From: an uncultured Candidatus Kuenenia sp.
Lineage (GTDB): Bacteria > Planctomycetota > UBA11346
Direction: 5' to 3'
Length of the DNA stretch: 64,000 nt
Assembly: GCA_964654285.1 (NCBI GenBank)
Contig: CAZZJC010000017.1
Location: 16,527-80,526 of the forward strand
Shown here: in pieces, positions 37,366 through 46,418 of the stretch
Layout of the letters: every line of letters starts with the position of its first letter
Position numbering within the stretch: position 1 is the first letter of the stretch
Position numbers and translations under genes: made by a program
Notes under the pieces: model-generated
Databases searched by the model: none
Told to the model about the DNA's origin: nothing
The model's input: the letters and a program-made list of their open reading frames with translations, nothing else

Positions 37366-39678
37366 TCAGAAATCGTCGAGGTTGGCTTTGGGCGGTGGAG
37401 CAGGCTTGTCCGGAACCGGTGCCGCAATCGATGGTTTTCCCGGTTTCTTCTGCTCTGCCTTCGGTGCCATGAGGAGCGATCCTGCCGCGACCGGCTGGCC
37501 CCTCCGGTCCCCGAAATCGGGATGATCGGGCAGCACCCGTTTCTTGGCATCCCATTTGGCATGCATGGCCAGGATCTGGTCGTCGGGCAGGATGCCGTTG
37601 TGGATGGCGACCGCGGCAAGAACCCCGCGGAAATTGCCGGCGCTCGACCAGTCGGTGAGCTGGAAACGCTTGCTGCGCGAAGTCCACCCCCGCCGCACGA
37701 CCCAGGGGAGCGCGTCCTGCGGGAGCACGATCGGCTGGGATTTCAGGCCATTCAGATGCACGGTTATGGTTTTCTGCGCTCCACGCAGATCGACCGCCAG
37801 GGTCACAGCATACCAACGTGAACTGCCGATGATCTTCGCCATGGCGGGCTTCTCGTCGTGCGGGAAGAGCGGGCTGAAATCCTCCGAATTGAATCCGACT
37901 ACCAGCGCATTCCGGGTCCGACGGCGACTCACATCGAACCCCGCCCAGATCCAGGTACCGCCCAGACCCAATGATTCCCCGGCGCCGATACTGAAGAGCA
38001 ATGCCGAATCCCCTGAACCACGCATAGGGTTCTGGCCCGAAGGGGCCAGCAGGGCCGAGACGGTGAATCTGAGGGGATCCAGATCGGGGCAATCCACATA
38101 TGGATGCATGGGATCACCCAATTTCGGCTCATTTACCCAGGCGGCATATGCACCATTGACGAACACCCCGGCGGGCGTCGATGCCGCTTTGTCGAGGCTG
38201 AAGAAATAGCCCTTCTGATCGAAATCCGACAGCGAACGGGCCAGATCGAACCGCATGACCAGCCCCGGCGGCTGCGGCGGGGGGTGGACTTCCTTTTCCA
38301 CCTCGGGAAGCAGCGGTTGGCTGGCAAGCAAAGCATGGAATTCCGCTACGGTTTTCGGTTCCGTCAGGAGGCGTTGGACCCATTCCGCTGTGATCGGCGG
38401 GTGCCAAGGGAACCAGGCCGAATACGAGATGCTGACCGTTCGGGTTTCCGAGGAAGAGCCTTCGGAGTTGCCATGGACGACCAACCGGCCCGGCGCCAGA
38501 GCCGTGGCGATACGCAACGCCGCTTGGGCGAGCGTCAATTCCCCGTTGCGATAAAATTTGAGATACAACGTGCTGGTATCCGAGGGGGAGACATGAGATG
38601 GAGGGCCCTTGGCCTCGTACATCAGATCAAGTGACGGATGCGTCTCCTTCAGCAGTCGCTTGAACTCGGCAATGATCCTCTGGTATTCGGGATGATATAC
38701 GGTCAATCGTTCCCCGAACCACTTTTGGCTTTTCTTTCCCAGGAAGAACTGGCGCTCGTCCTTTTCGTTATGCATGTACTGGAAGCTTTCTTCCAGGAAC
38801 TCGGCGTTGCTGACTGTCAGATCCCCGGTCCCGCCCCGTAAGGAGTCATCTTTCCCAGGAAGGGTCGGCACGCAGAGGCGGAAGCCGATGTCGAAGAAGC
38901 GGAAATCCGGAGGATAGCGCAGCCGGAACGCGGCCCGGTACGCCTGGGGATCGTTGTTGGTTCCACCGCCGCGCACGATCCTGGCGGTACCGCTGCGACC
39001 CCCGACGGGATCGCTGACCGGGCCGGTGGCGTAGTCCGCCGACCAGTCCGCGCACCATTCCCAGACATTGCCGATCATGTCATAGAGACCCCAGGCATTG
39101 GGGGCCCTCTTCCGCACCGGATTCCCGTTCCAGCCTCCTGATTCCTCCCTGCACCAGGCGATCGCCGTCATTTCACCGTATCGTTGCCCGGTGGTGCCGG
39201 CGCGGCAGGCGTATTCCCACTGCGCCTCGGTGGGGAAGGTCGCATGCAGGTTGGGCACCAGCTGGTTGAGCCGATCGAGGAACTGCCGGCAATCGATCCA
39301 GCTCACCTGGTTCACCGGATGGGGGCCGCTGTGGCGATCCGCGTATTGGCTCGGGTTGGCTCCTGCGGTTACCGCCACCCACATCGCCTGCGTCACCTCG
39401 CTGTCGCCAAGCCAGAACGGCCGGGTCAGGGTCACTGGATGTTCGACCTCGTCGGCGCGGCGGCCCGCATCCGTTATCGGGCTGCCCATGGTGAAGGTGC
39501 CGGGCAGGATGTAGCGGAAACGTTGGATCTGTTTGCCGACGGTCAGGTCGGCCCAGGTGCCGTACTGGTCCCGGCCGTGGGCTGAGGCCCATGCCGGGCG
39601 CGGGACGGCGGGTTGTTCGATGGCGTCCTCTGCCGCCAAGGTCAGCACAAGCATGATAAGGATCAGGACTGGGCGCAT
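37366..39678 (-). CDS. Secreted multidomain protein: FGE-sulfatase (SUMF1-like) domain, unknown central domain, LamG-like C-terminal domain
   Basis: GTFTMGS, EVTQAMW, PVNQVSW, PTEAQWEYACRAG, PNAWGLYDMIGNVWEWC, RGG, IGFR; C-terminal WYAVTLAVD..TVHLNG..FRGVLAAVAIHNGIL. Confidence 0.8.
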   Translation of the reverse strand: MRPVLILIMLVLTLAAEDAIEQPAVPRPAWASAHGRDQYGTWADLTVGKQIQRFRYILPGTFTMGSPITDAGRRADEVEHPVTLTRPFWLGDSEVTQAMWVAVTAGANPSQYADRHSGPHPVNQVSWIDCRQFLDRLNQLVPNLHATFPTEAQWEYACRAGTTGQRYGEMTAIAWCREESGGWNGNPVRKRAPNAWGLYDMIGNVWEWCADWSADYATGPVSDPVGGRSGTARIVRGGGTNNDPQAYRAAFRLRYPPDFRFFDIGFRLCVPTLPGKDDSLRGGTGDLTVSNAEFLEESFQYMHNEKDERQFFLGKKSQKWFGERLTVYHPEYQRIIAEFKRLLKETHPSLDLMYEAKGPPSHVSPSDTSTLYLKFYRNGELTLAQAALRIATALAPGRLVVHGNSEGSSSETRTVSISYSAWFPWHPPITAEWVQRLLTEPKTVAEFHALLASQPLLPEVEKEVHPPPQPPGLVMRFDLARSLSDFDQKGYFFSLDKAASTPAGVFVNGAYAAWVNEPKLGDPMHPYVDCPDLDPLRFTVSALLAPSGQNPMRGSGDSALLFSIGAGESLGLGGTWIWAGFDVSRRRTRNALVVGFNSEDFSPLFPHDEKPAMAKIIGSSRWYAVTLAVDLRGAQKTITVHLNGLKSQPIVLPQDALPWVVRRGWTSRSKRFQLTDWSSAGNFRGVLAAVAIHNGILPDDQILAMHAKWDAKKRVLPDHPDFGDRRGQPVAAGSLLMAPKAEQKKPGKPSIAAPVPDKPAPPPKANLDDF

Positions 39679-39933
39679 GTTCGCCAAGTTAGGCCGCCAG
39701 CGGCTCAAGTACAGTTCACCTGCACGTCCAGTCCGGCACCGTGCGAGGACCCAATATACCGGTGAACGCACGGGCGGTCAGGACCAGGTCAGACACCACC
39801 ATGCCGGCCGGTTCGTGCAGAGAACGTGGTCATGGTCCACCACGCAGGGATGACGCGTCAGGACGATAGGCGGCAACGCCCGGTTCCCCTCGCGGTAGGG
39901 TACTGGCAGCCCAGAACCGCCTGGAGGTCCGCC

Positions 39934-42390
39934 ATGTTCATCCCGTCCCGATTCGGCTGCGCGGCGACCCCCAACGCCGGACGGGCGCACCCACCTCGTG
40001 GCTCACGTGGGTCCCGCTCGTGGTGCCGGCCTGGGCCGTTGCTCGTCCTCGTGGCCGGCCTGATGACCTGCCTCCCGGCGGCAGAAGAGGATCCCCTGTT
40101 TGGGCCGTGGTATGGGGTGGGCAGCTTGCCAACCAAGCAGACGACAACGCACGTAGCAGCCACCGACGCCGACCTGGATTTGAATTCCCCGGCAAAGGCA
40201 GTGAAGGCCGATCCGGCTCCAACCATCTCCACCAACCTGCTGCCCGTCGATGCGGGCAAGGAGGGAGTGCAGAACTGGCTGTACGTCGGCAACTGGAAGG
40301 TGAACGGGCCGTTCCCCAACGGGGAATGGAACGAGAAGTCCCCGGCCCAGCCGACCGATTTCACCGCGACCACCGGCCCGACCGCCTGGCGACCACCCGG
40401 CCTGGCGGAGGCCAACGGCAACATCTGGGCTCCGCTGTGGGACTGGAAGTATCGCGACAAGTATCCCGTGCCCTTCATGGACCAATACGGCCGGGAGAGG
40501 ACCTCCTTCTTCGCCACGACGATCGTCCAGGCCGAACAGGACGTCGAGCTGCCGGTCGCGGTGGGGGCCGACGATCGGGCCAAGGTGTGGGTGAACGGCC
40601 AGCTGGTGGGGCAGAGCCCGGCGAAGCCGTCGGACACCGGCCGCAACGAGGACCACCTGCGCCTGAACGTCCGCTTCGCCAAGGGTGAGAACCGGATCGT
40701 GGTCTGCTGTCAGAATGACGAACGGCTGTCGTATTTCTGGCTGCGGGTCTGCGTGCGCGGTCGGCCGCAGCCGGCCGCGGGGCAGGCGCAGGCCAAGGCC
40801 ATCGCCAAGCGCATCGCCTCCTTCCGCGCTGGCAGCACCGGGTATCGCAACGATTCGCGCAACAGCTACCCCGAGGCCAAACCGGTCACGACCTGGGATG
40901 GCGAGCAGGGCACCAACATCCGCTGGCGCGTGCCCCTGTTCGCACCGTCGAAATCGGCGCCGCTCATCGTCGGCGACCGGGTCTTCACCCTGCTCGATGG
41001 CGGCGTGCTGGTGTGCCTCGACAAGCTGACCGGCAGGATCCTGTGGGAGGGCGACTGCGTCCACCTGGAATCCAAGGACAAGGCCAGGTTCGAGGAGACG
41101 CAGAAGCTCTGCGCCGCCTACCGCACCGCCCGCGACCGCGTCCTCGCGCTGGGGAACCTGGATGCGGCCCGGCTTGACGCCCTGAAGAAGGAGGGTCTGG
41201 CCGATGACGCGGCGAAAGCGAAATTGAAGGACCTGGTCGACGCGGCGGAAAAGGCAGGTCTGGAGTGGCGTGACGCCGTGATCATCAAGAGTGGATTCGC
41301 GCGCAAGTTCGGCGGCTGGCTGAGCATGTCCGGCTTCAGCCTGCCCTCGCCGGTCACGGATGGAAAGCTCGTCTGGGTCAGGAATCCGCTCGGCGTGGTG
41401 GCGTGCTTCGATCTCGCAGGCAAGCGGTTGTGGACCGCCAACGTGGAACCGGCGAGCAGCTCCGTGCACCACCTGGTCTCCTCGCCGGCGCTGGTCACCG
41501 GCACGGCCGGCGGCAAAGGCCGCGCCCTGCTGATCCTGCGCCTGCCGAACCTGACCACGGTGAACGGGAAGAGCGAGGAGGCCAAGACCCACACCATCCT
41601 GGCTCTCGACGCGGCGACCGGCGCGGTGGCATGGAAGATCCCGAACCTTGACGGCATCAGTTACACGGCGACCCCGGTGGTCGTGCGGCTGAGCAACGGC
41701 GACTCCGACCTGGAGGTGATCCTGACCCAGACCCACGCCAAGCTCTTCGTCACCCACGACGGCAATACGATCGCCCGGACCACGGTGCTCAGGGCGGATG
41801 ATGGCAAGATCCTGATCGATGGCCTGTTCGCCGATTCCGACATCGGCATGCCGACCGTCGCCGGGGACATCGTCTACATGAACGCTTTTTCGAGTTTGAA
41901 GAAGGAATTCCCCGATCGCACCACCGCGCATCAGCTCATCATGCTCGACCGCGATACGGTGGGCGCGAAACTGCTGTGGAGCCGCCAATCCGCCTTCGGC
42001 CGCGCCTGTCCCGGCGGGCTCACCCTGCACAAGGGCCTGCTCTACGGCGTCACCGGGGCCCAGGACTGCCAGGGCCTGCTGGTCCTCGACGCCGCGACGG
42101 GAATCCCCGTCGCGGCCAAAGCGCCGACCGCCGACCGGCTCAAGGGCCGCCCCTACCTGCCCACCACCGGGGCGGGCGACTACATCTTCGCCGGCGACAA
42201 CGGGACCCAGTTCCGCAACGTCAACAAGACCACGATCTGGGTCCTGAAGCCCTACCCCGACGGCGAGATCGTCGGCCGCAACACCTGCGAAGCGGGCATG
42301 CTGGCCCCGCCGGTCTTCGATGGCGACCGGATGTACCTGCGCACCGAATCCCATCTGACCTGCGTCGCGGCGGGTGACGGCAAGCCCTGA
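39934..42390 (+). CDS. Secreted PQQ-like/BamB-type beta-propeller protein
   Basis: GGAGG before ATG 39934; NIRWRVPL..SAPLIVGDRVF, CLDKLTGRILW, SPVTDGKLVW, ALDAATGAVAW, PVFDGDRMYLRT. Confidence 0.82.
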   Translation: MFIPSRFGCAATPNAGRAHPPRGSRGSRSWCRPGPLLVLVAGLMTCLPAAEEDPLFGPWYGVGSLPTKQTTTHVAATDADLDLNSPAKAVKADPAPTISTNLLPVDAGKEGVQNWLYVGNWKVNGPFPNGEWNEKSPAQPTDFTATTGPTAWRPPGLAEANGNIWAPLWDWKYRDKYPVPFMDQYGRERTSFFATTIVQAEQDVELPVAVGADDRAKVWVNGQLVGQSPAKPSDTGRNEDHLRLNVRFAKGENRIVVCCQNDERLSYFWLRVCVRGRPQPAAGQAQAKAIAKRIASFRAGSTGYRNDSRNSYPEAKPVTTWDGEQGTNIRWRVPLFAPSKSAPLIVGDRVFTLLDGGVLVCLDKLTGRILWEGDCVHLESKDKARFEETQKLCAAYRTARDRVLALGNLDAARLDALKKEGLADDAAKAKLKDLVDAAEKAGLEWRDAVIIKSGFARKFGGWLSMSGFSLPSPVTDGKLVWVRNPLGVVACFDLAGKRLWTANVEPASSSVHHLVSSPALVTGTAGGKGRALLILRLPNLTTVNGKSEEAKTHTILALDAATGAVAWKIPNLDGISYTATPVVVRLSNGDSDLEVILTQTHAKLFVTHDGNTIARTTVLRADDGKILIDGLFADSDIGMPTVAGDIVYMNAFSSLKKEFPDRTTAHQLIMLDRDTVGAKLLWSRQSAFGRACPGGLTLHKGLLYGVTGAQDCQGLLVLDAATGIPVAAKAPTADRLKGRPYLPTTGAGDYIFAGDNGTQFRNVNKTTIWVLKPYPDGEIVGRNTCEAGMLAPPVFDGDRMYLRTESHLTCVAAGDGKP

Positions 42391-42469
42391 GACGGCGCGG
42401 GGGTGATCCGATCCTGCCCACGCAGGGAACCCGATCGCGTGGGCCGTTCTCAGCTGCGACGACGGCCCC

Positions 42470-43912
42470 TCATTGGAAGGCGTGCGGGGTGATCACCTCT
42501 TTGCGCGGCGTGAAGGACATGCGTACGCCCCGGAAGGAGGAATCCTTGGGCGTGAGGTATTCGACGCTCCAGTCACCGGCTCCGACCAGCTTGCCCACCA
42601 GCTGCCGTCCCGGGATGCCGGTGATGCGGCCGCTCAGCACCGGCAGTTCCAGTCGCGCCGGGTCGGTGCCCAGGGGCACCAGGCGGATCGACATGCCCAG
42701 TTTTCCACACAGCTCGCGTTCGAGCTGCTCCAGGGTCATCCCGTCGCCAGCGTCGATATCCATTGGCAGGTAGGCCCAGGCCAGCAGCAGTTCGGCCTGG
42801 GTCTGGCGACCGGGACCGACCTCGGCCGGGATCAGGCGCAGGCCCGGATCGCTGCGCTCCAGGCGCCAATAATTAGTGATTCCGCTCCCCCGTAGGAAGT
42901 CCCGGATGGTCGGGTTCGGCTGATCCCGCGCGCCGCAGCCGAAGGTCATCCCATCGCGAACGATGCCATGGGCATCCTTGGCCTGTACGGCGGTGGGCAG
43001 TCCGGTGGCATCCTGGATCAACCGGGCGATCGCATGGATGGTCAGGATGCGGTTGCCGGGCTTGAGACCGCTGAGATCGATCCGCTAATCCATGGGATCG
43101 ACGACCGGGCTGGCCTGGGTGGTCGGAGTGACCGGTTGGCATTCGCCGCGGTCAGCGGCGAACCAGGCTCCGCCAGTGGCGGTGGCCAGCAGAACCGAGG
43201 ATATGAGCATGGGCATGAGGCGGCTCCCGAGCGGTGGAATGGGGATGGGCGGTGGAGAGGCGATGCCTTGCGTTGCGGCGGACCAGCGGTCCAGGTCGCT
43301 GGCGGGAATCTCGGCAGCAGCGGCCGGTTCGGCCCACGCCATCATCAGAACTGAGCTGACCACGGCACCGCGTCGGCCAAGGGCCGCCCGCAGGCGCCCG
43401 AGGGCGCGATGCACCCGCACCCGGGCCGTGGCGGCCGAGCAGCGCAGAGTGGCACCCAGGTCTTCAGCGGTGGCGCCAGCGGCATGCAGGGTCAGCGCCG
43501 TCCGGTCGGCCTCGCCGAGCGCGGCCAGGGATTCGGCGAGCAGCCAGCGGTCTGGCAGCGTTTGGGTGGCATCTGGCACTGGTTCGGTGGTGGCCATGCG
43601 CAGCTCCCGGTTGCGGCGTCGGCGTTCGCCGCGTTGGCGATCGAGGACGGCGCGGATCACCAGGCGCGCCAGCCACGTCCCGGCGGCGCGGTCGCCGGAG
43701 GGATCTCCGGGCGTAGGCCGTGGCGCGAATCGATGGCCATGAAACCAGCATTGCACCAGGACATCCTGTACCGCATCGGCGGCCAGGTCAGGCCCGGCCA
43801 CCTTGCCGGCCAGCGCCGCCAGCCAGGGCCCGGCGGTGTGCACCAGGCGTTCATACGCGACCTGGTCGCGGCCGGCGGTGGAGGTGAGCAGCGATGCGAG
43901 ATCCGGCGGCAT
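42470..43912 (-). pseudogene. ECF sigma factor with TM helix and C-terminal extension, interrupted by one in-frame TAG at 43085-43087
   Basis: sigma2 (AADAVQDV..WLARLVIRAVLD) and sigma4 (ATARVRVHRALGRLR) motifs; track ORFs 43085..43933 and 42470..43021 share a frame and join as DPMD*RIDLSG. The sigma core itself is intact. Confidence 0.65.
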
Positions 43913-44070
43913 GGTGCACCCCAGGAACGCCACCGGCCGCGGCGGCGTTACCGGGCATCTCAGGAGCGGGCCGCCTGCGGCAAGCCATCATCGCCAGGTG
44001 CTGGCGATGCGTCTGGTGGGCCGGATCCGACGATTGGCTGCCAGCGCCGCCGCCCTACCGTCCGCCGCCC

Positions 44071-46350
44071 ATGCACCGTATTTTCCCCATCGTCCTCTGG
44101 TCCGCCATCGCCCTCGTCGGAACCGCCGCCATCGCCACGCTCGCGCTGGCGCGAGGCGAGACGATCAGCGCCGCCTGGCTGGTGGTGGCGGCGGGCTGCA
44201 CCTGGGCGATCGCGTACCGGTTCCACTCGCTCTTCATCAGCCGGCGCATCTTCGCCCTTGATGACCGCCGGCCGACGCCGGCGGTGCGCCATGACGACGG
44301 CCACGACTTCGTGCCCACCGACCGCTGGGTCGCATTCGGGCACCACTTCGCCGCCATCGCCGGTGCCGGACCGCTGGTCGGGCCGATCCTGGCGGCGCAG
44401 TTCGGCTGGCTGCCGGGCACGCTCTGGATCGTGGTCGGCGTCGTCCTGGCGGGCGCGGTGCAGGATCTGGTGATCCTGTGCGCCTCGATCCGGCGCGACG
44501 GCAAAAGCCTGGGCCAGATGGCGCTGGAGGAGATCGGCCCGGTCGCGGGCTGGGCCGCGCTCATCGGCACCCTGGCGATCGTGCTGCTGCTCATCGCGGT
44601 GCTGGCGATCGTGGTGGTCGGCGCCACCGCCAAGAGCCCCTGGAGCGTGGTGACGGTCGGCCTGACCATCCCGATCGCCCTGGTCATGGGGGTGTGGATG
44701 CGCTGGATCCGGCCGGGGCGGACGCTGGAAGCAAGCCTGATCGGGCTGGGGCTGCTCGGGTTCGCGATGTGGTTGGGCCAGGTCGCTGCGCACGATCCGG
44801 TGTGGGCCGAGCGGTTCACCTGGAAGCCGGTCACGGTCGCGTGGGCGATCATCGGCTATGGCTTCGTCGCGGCGATCCTGCCGGTCTGGATGCTGCTCGC
44901 GCCGCGCGACTACCTGAGCGCCTTCGTCAAGATCGGGGTGGTCGGCCTGCTCGCGGCGGGTGTACTGCTGGTGCTGCCCTCCATGCAGATGCCGGCCCTG
45001 GTCGGCGTGCTGGCCGATGGCACCGACGTCGCCGGCGGACACGGGCCGGTGTTCGCCGGGTCGCTCTTCCCGTTCGCCTTCATCACCATCGCCTGCGGCG
45101 CGGTGAGCGGCTTCCATGCCCTCGTCAGTTCCGGCACCACGCCCAAGATGATCGCGCGCGAAAGCGACTGCCGCATGATCGGCTATGGCGGCATGCTGAT
45201 GGAAGCGTCGGTCGCGCTGATGGCCCTGATCGCCGCCTGCGCCCTGACGCCGGGCCTGTTCTTCGCGATGAATTCCGGGCAGTTCGCGGGCAAGGATGCG
45301 GCGACCGTCGCGGCGCAGGTGACCAGCTGGGGCTTCACCCTCAGCGCGGCGGACCTCACCCAGGCGGCCAAGGACGTGGGCGAACCCTCCATCATCGCGC
45401 GCACCGGCGGTGCGGCGACGTTGGCGGTGGGCATGGCGCACCTGTTCGACTCGGTCACCCGCTGGATCGGCTGGGAATCGATGAAGGCGTGGTGGTACCA
45501 CTTCGCCATCCTCTTCGAGGTGCTGTTCATCCTCACCACCGTCGACGCCGGGACGCGGGTCGCGCGCTTCATGCTGCAGAACGTCGCGGCGCCGTTCCAC
45601 CCCCGCCTGGGCCAGGTGTCCTGGTGGCCGGCGTCGCTCACCGCCGCCGCGCTGGTGGTCGCGGGCTGGGGCGGCCTGCTGCTGACCGGCGTGCTGGATC
45701 CGGCCGGCGTGAAATTCCTCTGGCCGGTGTTCGGTATCGCGAACCAGACCCTGGCCGCGATCGCGCTCTGCGTCGGCACCACCGTCATCATCGCGATGGG
45801 CAAGGCGCGCTGGGCCTGGGTCACCCTGCTGCCGCTGGCCTGGCTGATGCTGGTGACCCAGTGGGCGGCGTGGCAGCGGCTGTTTTCCCCCGATCCGCAG
45901 CTGGGTTTCCTGGCCCAGATCGACGGCTTGACCGCGAAGCTCGCGGGGTTGACGAGCACCGGCGCCAGCGCCACCGCGATAAGCGAGGTGGAGCGCAGCC
46001 TGTTCAACGCGCGCCTCGACGCGGTGCTGGTGGTGGTCTTCGCGCTGGTCGCCTGGGTGGTGCTGCTGGATTCCTGCCGGCGCTGGTGGCGGCCCCGGCG
46101 CGGCGCGGCGACGCCGGCCGACCCGGGCCCTGCCGATGCGGAGAAGGCAGGATCGGAGAAGGCGGGCACCGATCCCGGTCCCGCCCGTCCGCTGCACGGC
46201 ATCCTGCAACGTGTGCGCGCCTGGGCCGATGACGACGCCTACGAACGCCACTGCGCCGGCCATGCCGGCCATGACCATCCCCTGCCGACGCGCGAGGAGT
46301 TCATGCGCGAACGCATCGCGCGCCGCGCGACTCGTCCGCGTTGCTGCTGA
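44071..46350 (+). CDS. cstA: Carbon starvation CstA/BtsT-family transporter with fused C-terminal YbdD/YjiX-like domain
   Basis: FGHHFAAIAGAGPLVGP, PRDYLS, FITIACGAVSGFH, SSGTTPK, RTGGA, WYHFAILFE, WPVFGIANQ; tail DAYERH..H.HP.PTREEFMRER..RCC. Confidence 0.92.
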   Translation: MHRIFPIVLWSAIALVGTAAIATLALARGETISAAWLVVAAGCTWAIAYRFHSLFISRRIFALDDRRPTPAVRHDDGHDFVPTDRWVAFGHHFAAIAGAGPLVGPILAAQFGWLPGTLWIVVGVVLAGAVQDLVILCASIRRDGKSLGQMALEEIGPVAGWAALIGTLAIVLLLIAVLAIVVVGATAKSPWSVVTVGLTIPIALVMGVWMRWIRPGRTLEASLIGLGLLGFAMWLGQVAAHDPVWAERFTWKPVTVAWAIIGYGFVAAILPVWMLLAPRDYLSAFVKIGVVGLLAAGVLLVLPSMQMPALVGVLADGTDVAGGHGPVFAGSLFPFAFITIACGAVSGFHALVSSGTTPKMIARESDCRMIGYGGMLMEASVALMALIAACALTPGLFFAMNSGQFAGKDAATVAAQVTSWGFTLSAADLTQAAKDVGEPSIIARTGGAATLAVGMAHLFDSVTRWIGWESMKAWWYHFAILFEVLFILTTVDAGTRVARFMLQNVAAPFHPRLGQVSWWPASLTAAALVVAGWGGLLLTGVLDPAGVKFLWPVFGIANQTLAAIALCVGTTVIIAMGKARWAWVTLLPLAWLMLVTQWAAWQRLFSPDPQLGFLAQIDGLTAKLAGLTSTGASATAISEVERSLFNARLDAVLVVVFALVAWVVLLDSCRRWWRPRRGAATPADPGPADAEKAGSEKAGTDPGPARPLHGILQRVRAWADDDAYERHCAGHAGHDHPLPTREEFMRERIARRATRPRCC

Positions 46351-46418
46351 GCCGGTGGCGTTCCGTTCGCTGCGCCGGGCCGTTGCCTCCCTCGCCCCCG
46401 CCCGGAACATTGCGCGCC

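Noticed and set aside
38860-38990. Diversity-generating retroelement target (FGE/CLec fold); also considered for the paralog tips at 5500-5735 and 7490-7743
   Set aside because: No reverse transcriptase and no template repeat seen in the window; paralog differences include indels and are not adenine-specific.
43085-43087. Genome-wide TAG reassignment or pyrrolysine
   Set aside because: TAG ends other genes normally (7741-7743, 12803-12805, 31433-31435) and no pyl genes are visible.
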